From: Minutocellus sp. GHC0000111
Taxonomy: Eukaryota
Reading direction: 5' to 3'
Assembly: GCA_977018835.1 (NCBI GenBank)
Contig: OZ361257.1
Coordinates: forward strand, 2,170,001-2,234,000
DNA length: 64,000 nucleotides
Below, piece by piece: positions 33,532-46,482 of this stretch. The notes under the pieces were generated by a model that was not told the origin of the DNA, ran no database searches, and saw nothing but the letters and a program-made list of their open reading frames with translations. Made by a program: the position numbers and the translations under genes. Each line of letters begins with the position of its first letter. The first letter of the stretch is position 1.

Positions 33532-34860
33532 TTACTTCAGACAATCTCCAAGGGATTGCCTTGATTGGTTGCTCGTTTCGCTGACAACAGAGTGGCTTGG
33601 TCTCATCGCGGCACCGAAGGTGGGGTGGGGGTAGGCACCCTGCTGCTGGGGGTAGGTCGGAGATAAAGGACCAGCCGTTTCGCAAGCGAAAATGCTTTTC
33701 ACTCCCCTTTTGAATCGTTTGGACAGATCCTTGAGGTCAAAGTCAAATATTTCCTCTCGGTCATCGTTGTCAAAGGTCTCTCGGTACCTCCTGGAGTCAG
33801 GCAGCTCGGTATAGGCTGTGCCCGTGTAGGCGGTGTCGTATGCGGTGCTCGCATCTGTGTAGTTGGAGTAATCGTCAACCGATTGAGTTGGTCTTTGGGC
33901 GAGGGAGTAGGCAGTCGCCGTTCCCATCGTGTAATTCGTCGCTCCGGTCGAATAGGCTGAGTAATCACCCATGTTGGTGTAGTCTGTGTAGGCGCTCAAA
34001 TCTTCAGTGGCGTCGGTCATGGCCGTGTAATGCGTGTCGTAGTTCGTCTCGTTGTCCTCGGTGATGCTGCTAAGGCCAGTGCGAATGCTGGCGCCGGTTG
34101 TGGTGTACTTGGTTCCACCAGCGTTGGCCCAGCCCCCACTTGGTCCTCCCATCTCGCTCATCATTCCAGTGTACTCCGTGCCATACTCTGTGAAGTAGGC
34201 CGTATTCTCGTCGAACTCGAATTCTGTGTTGTACTCTCGCCTTCCAACGCCAGGACCAGGTGGCATGTCATATTCGGTATTGTAGTTCGTCGCATCCTCT
34301 TCGGCGTCGTCGCTGTTGTGGCCAGAGAAACTGGAAATGATGCCGCTCATACCACTGTAGGCGCTCTCGGCCTCACGGATGGTTGGCAAGTGGCTGTTCT
34401 GCAACGCCACCCTATTCCACGCCGAACTCGGAGCATTGTTTTGGGGTCTACCATATGGATTACTTGTCCCTGAACGCGCGGTACTAGTATTGTAAATAGA
34501 TGATGGCTTGGACGGCAACTGCTGCTGCTGCTGCAATTGTTGCTGCAACTGCTGCTGGCCCTTCTTTGGCTTTCCAAGACCCTTCTGGATTTTGTAGCCA
34601 GAGGAAGCGGTGGATCGGTTGCTTGGGCTGGCCGACGAGTACTTGCTGGTGGCATCCGAGAAGGGTTCTCGGTTTGGTTTGGGACTTCGTGAGCTCATGG
34701 TCGATGGTCGTCTCACACTACCCAGAGGTGGCTTCGCGTTGGTGTTGACGGACATGGCCCGAGCTCCGTTGGAGGCGGCATTATTATTTGCCGGCCCCGA
34801 GGGTCGCGGCGGTCTGCCCGATGGAGGTTTCTGTTCCCTCTTGAATTTCTTCCTGAACAT
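33532..34860 (-). CDS. Hypothetical disordered protein with a Y/T/D-rich tract
   Basis: Long ORF starting MFRKKFK; basic N-half, Tyr/Thr/acidic C-half. Confidence 0.7.
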   Translation of the reverse strand: MFRKKFKREQKPPSGRPPRPSGPANNNAASNGARAMSVNTNAKPPLGSVRRPSTMSSRSPKPNREPFSDATSKYSSASPSNRSTASSGYKIQKGLGKPKKGQQQLQQQLQQQQQLPSKPSSIYNTSTARSGTSNPYGRPQNNAPSSAWNRVALQNSHLPTIREAESAYSGMSGIISSFSGHNSDDAEEDATNYNTEYDMPPGPGVGRREYNTEFEFDENTAYFTEYGTEYTGMMSEMGGPSGGWANAGGTKYTTTGASIRTGLSSITEDNETNYDTHYTAMTDATEDLSAYTDYTNMGDYSAYSTGATNYTMGTATAYSLAQRPTQSVDDYSNYTDASTAYDTAYTGTAYTELPDSRRYRETFDNDDREEIFDFDLKDLSKRFKRGVKSIFACETAGPLSPTYPQQQGAYPHPTFGAAMRPSHSVVSETSNQSRQSLGDCLK

Positions 34861-34979
34861 TGCAGATAGATCGATATGTGAAAGGTTTGGAGCGAGCCAC
34901 TTTAGAATTCCTGCCAGTGAGCCTCCTCTACAAAGAAAGGGTTGCAATGGAACGAGAACCGGCTGGCAAGAAATACGAG

Positions 34980-34996
34980 TTAGGGTTAGGGTTAGG
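34980..34996 (+). repeat. Short interstitial (TTAGGG)n tract, almost 3 units
   Basis: TTAGGGTTAGGGTTAGG. Confidence 0.6.
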
Positions 34997-35410
34997 ACGT
35001 AAATGATGCGGATGGAATGCTTTTTTATGTATGCTTGGTTCCTTCGCTTGCTAAGTGGGCCTAAGGTTTGGTCTTGTCTTGGGCGATGAAATAGAGCACA
35101 TTAGCCCCTGGGCGATACAACTGCGATGCTTTCTCATCCCTCCCAGTATTGATGATAGCCCACATGAGACCACGGTAATTGCAAGTCCATCATCCATCTC
35201 TTTTGAGCATACAAAAATTTGAGCGACGCGGGGGCCGGGGGCCTTTTCCTCCTAAAAAAATCGTGATGGCGCCTGTCCGTCCGTCGTCGAGCGTGGCATC
35301 GGCTGACTTTCAGCAGCAGCGGAACCACCAAGATGAAGTCAAACGCCCGGCAGAGCACCAGTCCAGTTGGAGGAAGAAGGAGTAGCCTCTAGTAGATAGA
35401 TCAGCAGAGC

Positions 35411-36719
35411 ATGTCGTCCACGCAGACGCAAAGAGATGCGCTCCTCCAGCAGATTGCTCGGGAGAGGAGAGAAGTGCGCATCCTGGAGTCCGAACGGGCC
35501 CTTCTCCTGAGCCGGTTCAACCATCGTCAATCGCAAGGAACCGACAAAGGGGCGAGAGATACCTGCTCCGATACCGCCAACACAGCAAATGCTCGGAATA
35601 GCAGTAAGAAGAGGCCACGCCCTCGTTATCATGGCGGAGACTTTTCCGGGGATCAAATGGCCAGGCTGACACATGGTGCTGCTGACCAAGACGGCGGTAG
35701 GGATCTGCTCGACGTGCTCGATGCACTGCAGTGCCGAACGCTGGAAACCATGAACGCGAACAATATTGGGGAAGCACCATCTTCTACGTCAGGTATCTTT
35801 GTACCAAGGAATGCTGCCACTGGTGGCGGCGGCGTTCTGAGAGAAGTGGACGCAGATTCCTACCGGATGCATCCTATTCTTGGCGGCATTACCTTTACAA
35901 AGGTGGAGGGACCGCTTCCGCCAGGCGAGCAGAAGCGGTCACAAGAAAAAGACATCGACAATGGAGATCCCAAGAAGAGTACACGGTCATTGTACATCCT
36001 TTCGGGACATACCAATGCCAATATATCTGCAATTCCTGGGTCGGAACACAAATCGGAATGTTGCTGCATAGGTCCGAGCGGAGATATCCTTTGCAGATCA
36101 ATCTGATGGTGCTGATGACGAAAGGGCGACGGTGTCATCGGTACACACCAAGTTCTTCCCGCATCCGTCAAATGAGATGGCTCAAGACGATGATTCCAAA
36201 TTTGCCCTGCCCATTCCCTTTCCAAAGGAGGAATTGGAAGAACTTGCCGATTTGGTATCCAAGACGCGAAGTCTGACGCAACTGTTTCGGGAATTGGTGG
36301 CCTTTCACGAATTTCATCAAGAACGATCGGCATCGACGGAACGGCTTGTCAAGGAATTTGGTACGGACAGTTGTCTATCAATCACATGCGCCGATATGAT
36401 GGAGATTAGAAGCAGCGATGGCAACAAGAAGGCCGACAAGGATTGCATGACTGGTGACAAAGCAGCTGGTGCTGGTGCTGGTGTTGGGCCACTTCTGCAC
36501 TTTAAACTATCGTGGTCCCGATCCTTTTCGGAGCTCGGCCGGGAGGATGATCTCTGCGTTGAAGATTGCACCGTCGGGAGCAACGGTGAGGCGGATAATG
36601 CTGTCGATGCACTGGTGGATGCCATCTTGGATCCCGACGGCATCGATTCTCTCGTCCATATTGCAGGTGGCATCGAGGAGGCTATCCGTGCGATCATCCG
36701 GGCCGTCACAGGGACGTGA
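35411..36719 (+). CDS. Putative centromere protein P (CENP-P/Ctf19)-like; frameshift(s) at 36040-36130
   Basis: N-terminal coiled coil, LGGITF, YILSG, LFRELVAFHEFHQER and terminal GIEEAIRAII resemble recalled CENP-P segments. Confidence 0.5.
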
Positions 36720-37249
36720 CGCTTGAACACTCGGCCAGTCATTGGTCCCATACCGCGGTAGATACGTGTAAAGCTAGCTAAGCTGCATGTTGGAGTTTCA
36801 AGATCAACATCTTCTCACTATAATAAAATCAAAAATCAATTATATCTACCAAAACATCGACCATCGAAGAAAAAAAGAAATCTAGAATATCCCCAACTGC
36901 ATTGGCAAGGAAGCCAAGCGGTGTGCGTAATGCGTAACAAATGTGCGGTATGCGGTGTTCGTGGCGAGAGAGGGGGGAGGTAGCTACGTAGGTGTGCGGT
37001 TTGACGTGTAGGGTGGTGGGTAACGGTGGCGGCGGGAAAGGGGGGTCGGTGGTGGTGGATCCGGGAACACAGGAGTCCCTGGAGCCCACCCACAGCGGGG
37101 GTCCGGAGCCAAGAACCTCTCTTGGCTCCAGACGGCGCTGCCTCTAAAAATTTAATACCACTTCCGCTTTGCCTCCAGCCCCACACTAGCTAGACTTTGA
37201 CACTTACTCCTCCCTCTCTCCTCCCTTCCCTCGCCCCCTTCTCCTCTCT

Positions 37250-38542
37250 TTAGGCCTCCTCACACCATTTGTTCTCCTCGCGGACCTGGGCCTCCTCCTC
37301 GGGGCTGAAGTCGTTGGCGATGTTGAAGGTGCGGCGGATCTCCTCGGGGGTCTTGCCCTTGATCATGGAGGCAACGGTGGCGCAGGTCAGGTCGAGGAGG
37401 GGCTTGATGTCCATGTAGTTGGCGGCGAGGATGAGCTCGAAGAGGAGGACCTGCTCGACGTTGACGAAGTCAGCGTACCACTTCTGGACGACCTCGGACA
37501 TGACGGCGGACTTGAGGGGCTTCTCGATCTCGGTCATGGGCTCGGCCTTGTGGTGCTCGCAGAAGTCGATGACCTTCTTGAGGACGGAGGCCTTGACGTT
37601 GGGGAGGGGGATCTCGGCGACGGCGTCGTCGTCGTCGTCCCCGTCCTCGTCCATCATGGTCTTGACGAGCTCGGACATCTTGGCGACCTCGGCGGAGACC
37701 TCGAAGGAGTCTCCCTCCTTGCTGACCTGTTATGTATTACGACGGGCCGCGGGGCGGGAGGAACCAGATGGCATGGAAAATCGCACCGGCGATCGAGAGT
37801 TGGTTCGACGGGAGTGACGGGCCGGACCAGAACGGAACCGGACGATCGAAACCAAGAAGAGAAAGAGTACGTCAGTGTGAGATAGAGCGTGAGCCGGGGG
37901 ACCATGAATGAACATACATAGATGATAGATACATCAAAATGTGGTGTGGCCGAGAGCTTGCGGTCGTGCGGCGGGGGGACCCGAAAGGATACGGCACATC
38001 ACCAACTCCAAATGCAACTACAACCAATCAAAATGAAAATAAAATTCATTGGCCGAGACCGCAAACCACCCGAATAATTGGTCCGGATCGGTCGGACCGG
38101 AGGGGAGAGGCCGGCGATGCAAAGGTTCCACGGCCTGCCGACCGACCGACCGATCGCAAAAATTCGCCACATTCATTTCTCAACAAATGCGGGGAATTTC
38201 CAAGGCACAAATCCAGACAAAATTATGAAGAAATGGGCCAACCGACCCGCAAACCGGCCGGACCGTCTCCCATTTTCAACCCTTGGAAAGGATGGAAGCA
38301 CCGCCGGGACCGGTCCGGTCCGAACAAGGCTGGGCAAAGCCGGCCGATACCAAAGCTCCCTCCGGCCTCCGGCCTCCCGCCTCCGACTGCGATTCTGTTC
38401 CCGTGGATTGGGGGTCGCGGACTCGACTCTCCCTCCTCAAACTGGACGGGGAAACCCCACAGAAACAAATTGATACGGCTGAACTAAAACTTACAAGGTT
38501 GACCTTGGTGGTGTCGGCGTCGGCGGCGGCGGCTTCGGACAT
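37250..38542 (-). CDS. SKP1: S-phase kinase-associated protein 1; exons 38542-38495 and 37726-37250
   Basis: [27 protein letters not shown] and [15 protein letters not shown] motifs; phase-0 intron. Confidence 0.97.
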
Positions 38543-39378
38543 GGTTGTTGGATGATAACGAGCGGGAAGGCTTGGAACAGCAAAAGGCAAAAAATCTGCA
38601 AAAATGAAGTGAGCCAGAAAACAGCAAAGAGTTGCAAAAGCCGAAAAGCCGAAGCGGCGCTGGAGCCCGGTGACGGCCAGACGACAATTTGGGCAATTGG
38701 ACTCGCTCGACCTGGCATCATGCTTGGCGGGCGCGGGAGGAACTTTCCCCAACGCACCTGCCGCCCGCGCCGATGGCATCATATTCCTCCGCCACGGACC
38801 GTGGAAGGCCGTGGTATACTCAATACCGAACTCAATTTCGGAGTCGAGTGAACGGAAGAGTGATCCAAATCTGTTTCGCTTCCACGGCTTTGTTGTTGTG
38901 CAACGCCGTCGTGCCTTGGGGGACGCACGCATGCATGCATCGCATGGGAGCAAAGCACATACATTTCATTCCTTCATCCATCCGAGTCAAAGGTGGCACC
39001 TCTTTTGCACATGCATACATCTGCGTGCCGCACCCAATACACGAACAAAAGCACGCGTCCTGTGAGGTCGGAAAGATCCCCTTGAAGCTACGTACTTCGC
39101 ACAATAACGAAAAAGGTCGGTCGGCGGAGCGGAGTGGTCGTCACTGACTGAAGCGAGGCAAAGCAAACATTAACGGTGTGTGAGATAGCACCGAACTGAT
39201 CACCGCTCGCTCGGCGCGTGGCAGCAGCGTTGCAGCACAAAAAGGAAGAGGGTGCAATTTACCTGCCGCCCAAACAAAAATAAATATCGCAGCAATCGAA
39301 CGGCGTGGACACCAATATAATAGCAGGTGCGAATATTAGTACCCGAGGAAAGATACCGTTTCGCATATCAATAGATAA

Positions 39379-42300
39379 ATGAAGGAAGCGTCGGGATCAT
39401 CTGCATCGTCGGTCTTTGCCGACAAAGGCGGCAACATGAACAACGGCGGAAGTATCAATGGCACCAACGGCACCAATGGCAATGGCACAGGAGCTGCGGC
39501 GCCAAGAGGTGGCAGGCCGCATCAGATCTCGTTCGGGTATCCTCCGTCGATGCCGGGCGCGATCTGACCTCGGCCTATGGGAGCTCGTACGACGATGTGA
39601 TGGACGGCGAATCGACGTCGGGAGAGGATGGCAACGGAGGCCTAGCGGAGGCAGAGAGGAGAAGGCTGGGCGTGGAACAGCCGACAACTTCAACTGTCCC
39701 CGCTGCCGGAGATGGTGCAAAATCAACTTCCGTCGGTGGCGCGTCAGGGATCAGCTCATTGGTGTGCAGCATCCGCCGCATCTTGTTGGTTCTTCCTCCT
39801 CGCAACAAAGGCAGCAGCATCAATCGCAGCATTCGTCGCGATCGAACCATTCCAGCGCCAGCAACTCGGTGGCATCGTCCTCGGCGGCTCAGAGACGGAG
39901 GGGCTCACTCCGACGCAATCGGCACCGTCGTCGCGATTCGTACGACGGGGAGGACGACTTCAGCGGAAGCGATGGAGAGTCGTCGTACTTCAGTGAGCAT
40001 CAGGCCAGTCCCAAAAGCGGCAGTACAACACCGACCGCCTCGGCAATGGCGGCGGCTGCTGCTGCTGCGAAGCAGCATGCTAGTGGGGTGCCGTCGGCCA
40101 GACCTGTATCGATGGGTGTGGCGTCAAATGCCAATGTGAATGCAAATGCGTTGCCTCAGGTGCCATCCCTTGGCTTGCCGTATCTTTCGCATCAGCAGCA
40201 GTTGACTGGTAGCAGTATGGATAACCTTGACACCAGCCTTAGCTTCTCAGATGATGACGACGATAACGACGTTGGGAACGGCGGTAACACTACTCGGCTC
40301 GGAGGCATCCCGTCTCAGCAACCAAGGCCTCATCACAATGTTCCACGGCTTCATCGACGATCCAGCTCGGACGAGCAATTGCAGCTGTATACGAGGACAG
40401 TGGAAAGAGGGACGTCGGCGCAATCCGTTTCCAGTATCGTTTCTAGCTCTTCGGACGAAGCGGCAGGTCCAGAACCAGCCGTTTACAATGCCGGACCGGG
40501 TTCTCGAGAGGCTCCGCCCTCTGTGTCCATACCGACCATTCCCCGTGGCGCTGCTAGTGGCAGAGGCAATCCCCGCACTCCGCGCGATCCCTCCGAAGCG
40601 ACGCACAGTACAGATGGATCAAGGGAACAAAGATATGCCCAAGCACCATCCGGCGCTGGCGCCGATGCTAGTATGGATGATTCCACTGTCTTCTCTTCTT
40701 CGGCGACGTCTCCATCATCTGAATTCACCTCCAGTACGAGCAGTGATCCTTCCGTGAGGAGTGAGCTGCGAGAGATTGGAGTTCAAGGAAGCTTCGAGGG
40801 TGCAGAGAGTGGTCGTTCCAGCGGCAGGCGGAAGCCTATCAAGGACGTCGGTGAAATAAGTGGGGCAACTCCTAGCTCAATGGATGGACGGCAGCAGGCG
40901 TCGTCGCGACAGTCCTTGCAGCCCCCACATATCTCCACAAGTTCAGATGGTGCACAGGCTACTGCCGCACATCCTCACGCGGAAAGGATGCCTCCCGCCA
41001 GCCAAGATCAAATGGCACAAACTTGGATCTCGATGGCATCTGTACCAACCAAGCCTCCATCGTCACCAGGAGCAGCTCACAGTCCGAGCAGACGAGCAGC
41101 GACTGACCGTGGTGGTAGCGTGCTTTCATCTACAGCGTCTCGCACGACCAGTCTAAGTGATGGAGGCCACAGTCACTACTTTGCAACACAATCATCTCAT
41201 CCTTCTGGCTCAACATTGAACATGCACTACTCTGAAGATGATGATACTGCTGGCGAAGGTGGCTTTAGTAGACATGTCAGCCATGCAATGGGAAATAGCC
41301 GGGGGCGAAACGGGGATTTGAATCTCTCTGAAGATGCCCAACGGGGCAACCGACGCGCCATGTTTGCCGATAGCAAAATTAGCAATGCTTCTGGAAAGGA
41401 GAGTTCTATGGGAGGGGGCGGAGGGGATGTTGTGGCTGGTGGTTTTCGGGTCTACTGGCGCCGATGGCTAATGCTCATGTATATGTCTCTCCTCAATCTT
41501 CTATCTGATTGGACTTGTTACTCTGTTGCGCCGATCGCGGTGCTCACCTCTGAAGCATTTGGTGCCATCGACCCCGAAAGCCTAGTTACGATCTTTCTGT
41601 CTGCCAATGCAGTTGCAAGTGGTCTGGAACCCATCATTCTGGGTCGTCTTGGCCTCCGACGAACAGTCGTTTTTGGATCACTCCTCCTCATGTTGGGTAG
41701 TATCGTCAAATCGGGAGGGCTGCCTCTACTCATGCCTAGGTGAGATTTTTGGCAATTTTTGTTCTTCCTCCTTACGACAGTACTAGTAATATCCATGCAG
41801 GGCCCTAACGGCAACTTTTTTCTCTTGCTCATCATTATTCTTCCCCCCAGCACCCTTGAGAAAGGCCATGGTGAATGGCGAGTGTATCTAGGCTTCTTCC
41901 TTGTCGGACTCTCCCAACCTCTTTATCAGTGCACTCCGGCATTGCTATCAACGTCATGGTTTCCCGAGAAAGAAAGAACAATGGCAACTGGAGTTGCTCT
42001 GAACTCCAACCAGCTCGGCATTGGTTTTGCTTTTGTATTCGGTACTTTACTCGTTGGTAATTCCGATGACATCATCCCTTACTTCGAGCTACTGAGCCTC
42101 ATTAGCACTCTCGTTTTTGTTGGATGCGCTCTTCAGTTCGATGATGCCCCGCCGACGCCGCCTTCTGATACAGCGCGAGTCATTCGAGGAACTTTCGAGA
42201 TGGGCATTCCTTCGCTGGGTCAGTTCCAGGATACCATCAGCCAAAGTGTCCGTTATCTAAGCAAGAGTGTTCGCAATCTCGGCACCGGTGGGAGTGGAAT

Positions 42301-44843
42301 GCACCGATCTTCTGGGTCGCTCAAAAGTCTTGGAAGTAGGAGCAGCGGGCGAATGGAGCGTTTCTTCCCGTCACTCTAGAAGAGCGAGCCAAGAGAGTGT
42401 CGCCTCTGAAGGTGGTGGCACAAAATCAACTCGAGCTAAGAGTACTACCAACAAAAGTATTGATCCGGTGTCGGGTGCATTCCGCACAGCTGCACCTGTC
42501 AACAGAGAACGCACCAGATCAAGAGACTCGGCACGTTCGACTGATGCTTCCCGGAGACGTTCCAAGCGCCGGGGATCGGGCAGCATGGGGGGTTCCATGT
42601 CAGGTAATCGGGTGCGAACGAGTAGTGAACATAGCACTGGCAGCTTGAGCAGTAGCGCCCCCCTCGCTAGTACTGGCAGACCTCGCCGCGCCGAGAGACA
42701 GGCATCAGGCGGTAGCCGCGGTGGATCAGGAAGCCGCCGAAGAAGCTCCGACGCACGAAGGTCTTCAGGAAGCAAGGGCAGATCTTCTGGAGGTCGTAGA
42801 TCATCGAAGGGCGGTGGAGAAAGCGCCAAACAACAACATCGACAAACATCATCTGGCACACGTCAGACGGCTTCGGCTGACTTTGGCTTCCTAACAGGGC
42901 CTGTGGCACCAGCTCCCTCTCCTGCCATTTCAGATGGCCAGCCAACACGGTCGGCAATAGATAATATTACCGCTATGGAGCGCGAAGCTGCAGAATTGGG
43001 CTTTTTGGGCCCACCGCCGTCTCCTGTGATGGCTGGTCCGAACGCACATGACGGCGATGGTGTCTCCGGCCCCGACTCTGGGGGTGGAGGCGGCACTGAC
43101 GAGCATTCGCAACGGCCTCGACAAGAGGGTCTCGCACCTGTGCCTCCCCCGAACTCAGGGACGCCACCTCGGCCAGGCAGGGGCCGTCCTCGAGGACAAC
43201 CACATCGCGAATTGACTCCCGATGCCGATGAAGGTAGTGATGGTCAAATTCCTCCTGGCTCTCCGTTTCCACACCTTCAGTATGATAGTCAAGCAATGCA
43301 TCAGCAGCAGTATCCTCAGCAGTATTCTCACTTTGGACTAGAAGGAACCAGCGGCGTGTACACAGCACCAGATGGGCAGGTTGTTTACTACGGAATGCAA
43401 GCACCAGGCTCCATCTCCGCGGGGGGTGGCTATTACCCGCAGCAGCCACAGATGATGATGCCATTGCAAGGACCACCTGCAGCCGCGCCATACTTCAGCC
43501 CATATCAGTACGGTTCTGTACCATATTATCATCAGCGGCCGCCACCCGTCTATTTTGACCAACGCGGTGGGCAGTATTCGATGGTGCATCAGACATATCC
43601 ATCGCTACCTGAAACGGAGAATCCACTTGACGAGGGTGCAGAACCTGTTCTGACCCTCACGGCCCACAAGCTCGACATTGATATTCGCGACGATCAGATT
43701 CTTCTCTCGCTCCGAGCCTGTTTTTCCCGGCCGGGCTTCATTCACTGCTTAGCCTCGTTTACGGTCAGTGGCATTGTCATCAATACGCTCAGGTGAGACA
43801 CTTGTTATAGTAGAATAAATTCCCAGCTGTCCAGCTTGTTCGTTTGATTAGCATTGCCCATGCCTCGACTGGGGAAGACCTCGTGATTTTTTTTCCCCAT
43901 GCAATAAGCTCAAGCCTGCTTTTTCGTTTTGGTTGGGCACCTTTTTCTTTCTACCCTTTTTTGCCAAAACAGCACCTACATGGACTATCTGGTTCGATTG
44001 GGAGGTGCCGGTAGAGAATATGTCGGTGTGGTTGGAGGTCTCTTCCAGCTGCTTATTATGATATCCTCCTTAGTAATTGGTGGCTTTACCGACCGAACCA
44101 GGGCTTACTATTCATCAGTGTCGATGGCCATGCTGGTGCTCGGAGCCTTTGCCCTCGCTGAATGTGGGGTAAATCTGGACGAGGATCGAGGAAATGGTCT
44201 CCGATGGTCGTTACTGGTAGTTGGCATCCTCGTCGGCCCTCTTCAACCTATATCAACTGGGCTCGGTGTCGATGTTGTCTACCCTTTGAGTGAAAATACA
44301 GTTCTGGTCATCCAACAACTCTTTGCCAACCTACTAAGCGCCATGTTCATTCCAATCTTCAAGGCGCTCAAAGATGTGGATTTCAACAGGGATCCAGATC
44401 TGCCTGAACAACCAGAGTATACCTTTTCCTTTTACTTGCTCATCATATTGCACGCGGGCATAACCTTCTTCTTCGCGACGTTCAACGGTCGGTACTTGCG
44501 TCTTGAGGCCGAGCTTGAGAAGAAACGGAAGAAGGAGGAAGAGGAAGCTCGGGAGGCGTACATGAAAGGCATGTCCGCAGATGGTGCCCCATTTGGCCAC
44601 GAAGAGGCGGTAGGATCCTTCGAGCCCGTCTCTTACGATGCTTCATCGTACCGATACCACTCCCAGCTCCATCACCACCAGCAACAACAGCGACTGCAGC
44701 AGATGTATCAGTACCAATACAATCCATACTACGCTAGCAGCGGCGGAGGACAAGCCTTTGCCTATGGTGGCGAGCGTCAGCAACAGCAGCAAGAGCAGGA
44801 GCAACACGGAGAGCACGAGCCTCTCATGGCACAACGAAATTAA
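39379..44843 (+). CDS. FLVCR/SLC49-like MFS transporter with very long disordered N-terminus and loop; introns 41740-41850 and 43793-43972; frameshifts near 39565, 39790 and 42350
   Basis: FRVYWRRWLML, WFPEKERTMAT, NQLGIG and PPTPPS motifs; both introns splice in frame. Confidence 0.8.
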
Positions 44844-45028
44844 ATAAATTCATAAAGAAAGTACAACAAACCCAGTCAAGTCACGATGCGATAAATGTGT
44901 TGCCAAGCCGCGCGCATGCATTGCAATTGATTTCATAGTTTAATATTAATATATTCTCATTGTTTTTGTGTAATGAAGCGGAGCCTGTATACTACTACGT
45001 GTAGGTATTTGTACCAATAAGAATGCAT

Positions 45029-46282
45029 TTATGTATCTAAGTTTTTTTCTCTTTCACCATTATCATCAGGGCCAATACAAGCCATGCACGACAAGGGACA
45101 ATTCCGAAGCATGAATTCCCTCTTGTCGTCGTGGCACCGCCCTTTGCCAGCCCAAAATGCACAGTTCGGGGAGACGTTGGCACAACCAGCCCTCTGGTCA
45201 TCGGTAACATCATCTGCTAGCATGACCCGTCTCAAATACTGATCCATCTGTCGCAAATTGTCTCTTGCCCCCTCCCGTTCTTGCGGTGTGCCAGCAATGT
45301 CTTGGTACGGTCCCAACCGGAGTCTTTGGTATATTCTGCTCCTTCTAAGTTCATCTTCAGCCCCATCATCAGACGGGGCGCAAAAGTAGCAACTTCTGCG
45401 ACATTTGGCCAACATGGTGCCCCTCTCGACCAAGCAGTCTCCACGGGCCACGTAGTCGTGACAATTTTTGAAGACGTCCTCACAAGCAACCGCTGCATCG
45501 GCACCGGTACCGGTACCGGCACCGGCACCGCCGCACAACCCACAGCTAGCCGCGCACATCTTGGACATGAAGGGGACGTTCCTTCGGCACTCCCCGCCCT
45601 GCGCCCAGTACTTGCACTTGTAGTTCCTGTCGCGGCATCCTCCATCGTCGTCTTCTTCATAGTCGTCGTCGTCTTCGTCGTAATATTCGTCTTCTTCATA
45701 TTCTTCATCGTCTTCTTCGTAATATTCCGAGCCATAATAATCATCATCGCCGCTGTCTTCCTCGTCACCATAATCATCATTATCACCGTCATCGCAGGCA
45801 TCGCAGCTGAGGGCGCAGTGACTTCGCATGTAGATGGCGTTATTGTCGCACTCTCCCTTGGCCGCCCAGTACGGACACCGCTCGTTGAGGTCGCGGCAGT
45901 TATTGTTGTTGTTGTTGTTGTTGTTGCCATTGTGATCGTTCTGGTCGTTGTCATCATCATCAGCTGCATCTCGAGCACCATCGTCAACACCATCGCCGCC
46001 GCTGCCGCCGTCGGTCGTCCCATCATCAGCAGCAGCAGTGCCGCCCGATCCGCCGTCGATGCATGTACTCGAACTAGTATCCTCCTCGACGGAGGCCCCG
46101 TCCTCGGATGCCGAGGAGGAGGAGGAGGAGGCCGGCTGGGCCGCAACCAACATGTATAATTGGAGCGACGATGTGCCATCGCCGGTAGGGAACCAGCAGC
46201 AGCTCACAAGCAGCAGGAGGACCACCACCGCCACCAGCGGTACCGCCGGGGGGCAGCGCGCCGCCGCTGCTGCTGCCATCAT
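45029..46282 (-). CDS. Secreted ShKT-domain protein (four ShKT repeats, acidic linkers)
   Basis: Signal-like N-terminus; repeated C-x-[DN]-x4-C-x2-[WY]...C...M-x3-C-x2-SC-x2-C. Confidence 0.85.
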   Translation of the reverse strand: MMAAAAAARCPPAVPLVAVVVLLLLVSCCWFPTGDGTSSLQLYMLVAAQPASSSSSSASEDGASVEEDTSSSTCIDGGSGGTAAADDGTTDGGSGGDGVDDGARDAADDDDNDQNDHNGNNNNNNNNNCRDLNERCPYWAAKGECDNNAIYMRSHCALSCDACDDGDNDDYGDEEDSGDDDYYGSEYYEEDDEEYEEDEYYDEDDDDYEEDDDGGCRDRNYKCKYWAQGGECRRNVPFMSKMCAASCGLCGGAGAGTGTGADAAVACEDVFKNCHDYVARGDCLVERGTMLAKCRRSCYFCAPSDDGAEDELRRSRIYQRLRLGPYQDIAGTPQEREGARDNLRQMDQYLRRVMLADDVTDDQRAGCANVSPNCAFWAGKGRCHDDKREFMLRNCPLSCMACIGPDDNGEREKNLDT

Positions 46283-46482
46283 CTTTGCGGGTAAGTAAGT
46301 AAACAAAATGAGGGAGCGAGCCTAAGATTACGCTTACGCTTACAGGAATTACCGATGACCCAAGAGCTACTAACTGGGGAGCGCGGAGCGCGGGCCCGCC
46401 CGCCAAAGCACTCCGTGTGTGAGCGAGGCGAGGACACAAGGCAGCAGCAGGCAATCGGGCCGCCACTTCGCACAACCTTGGG

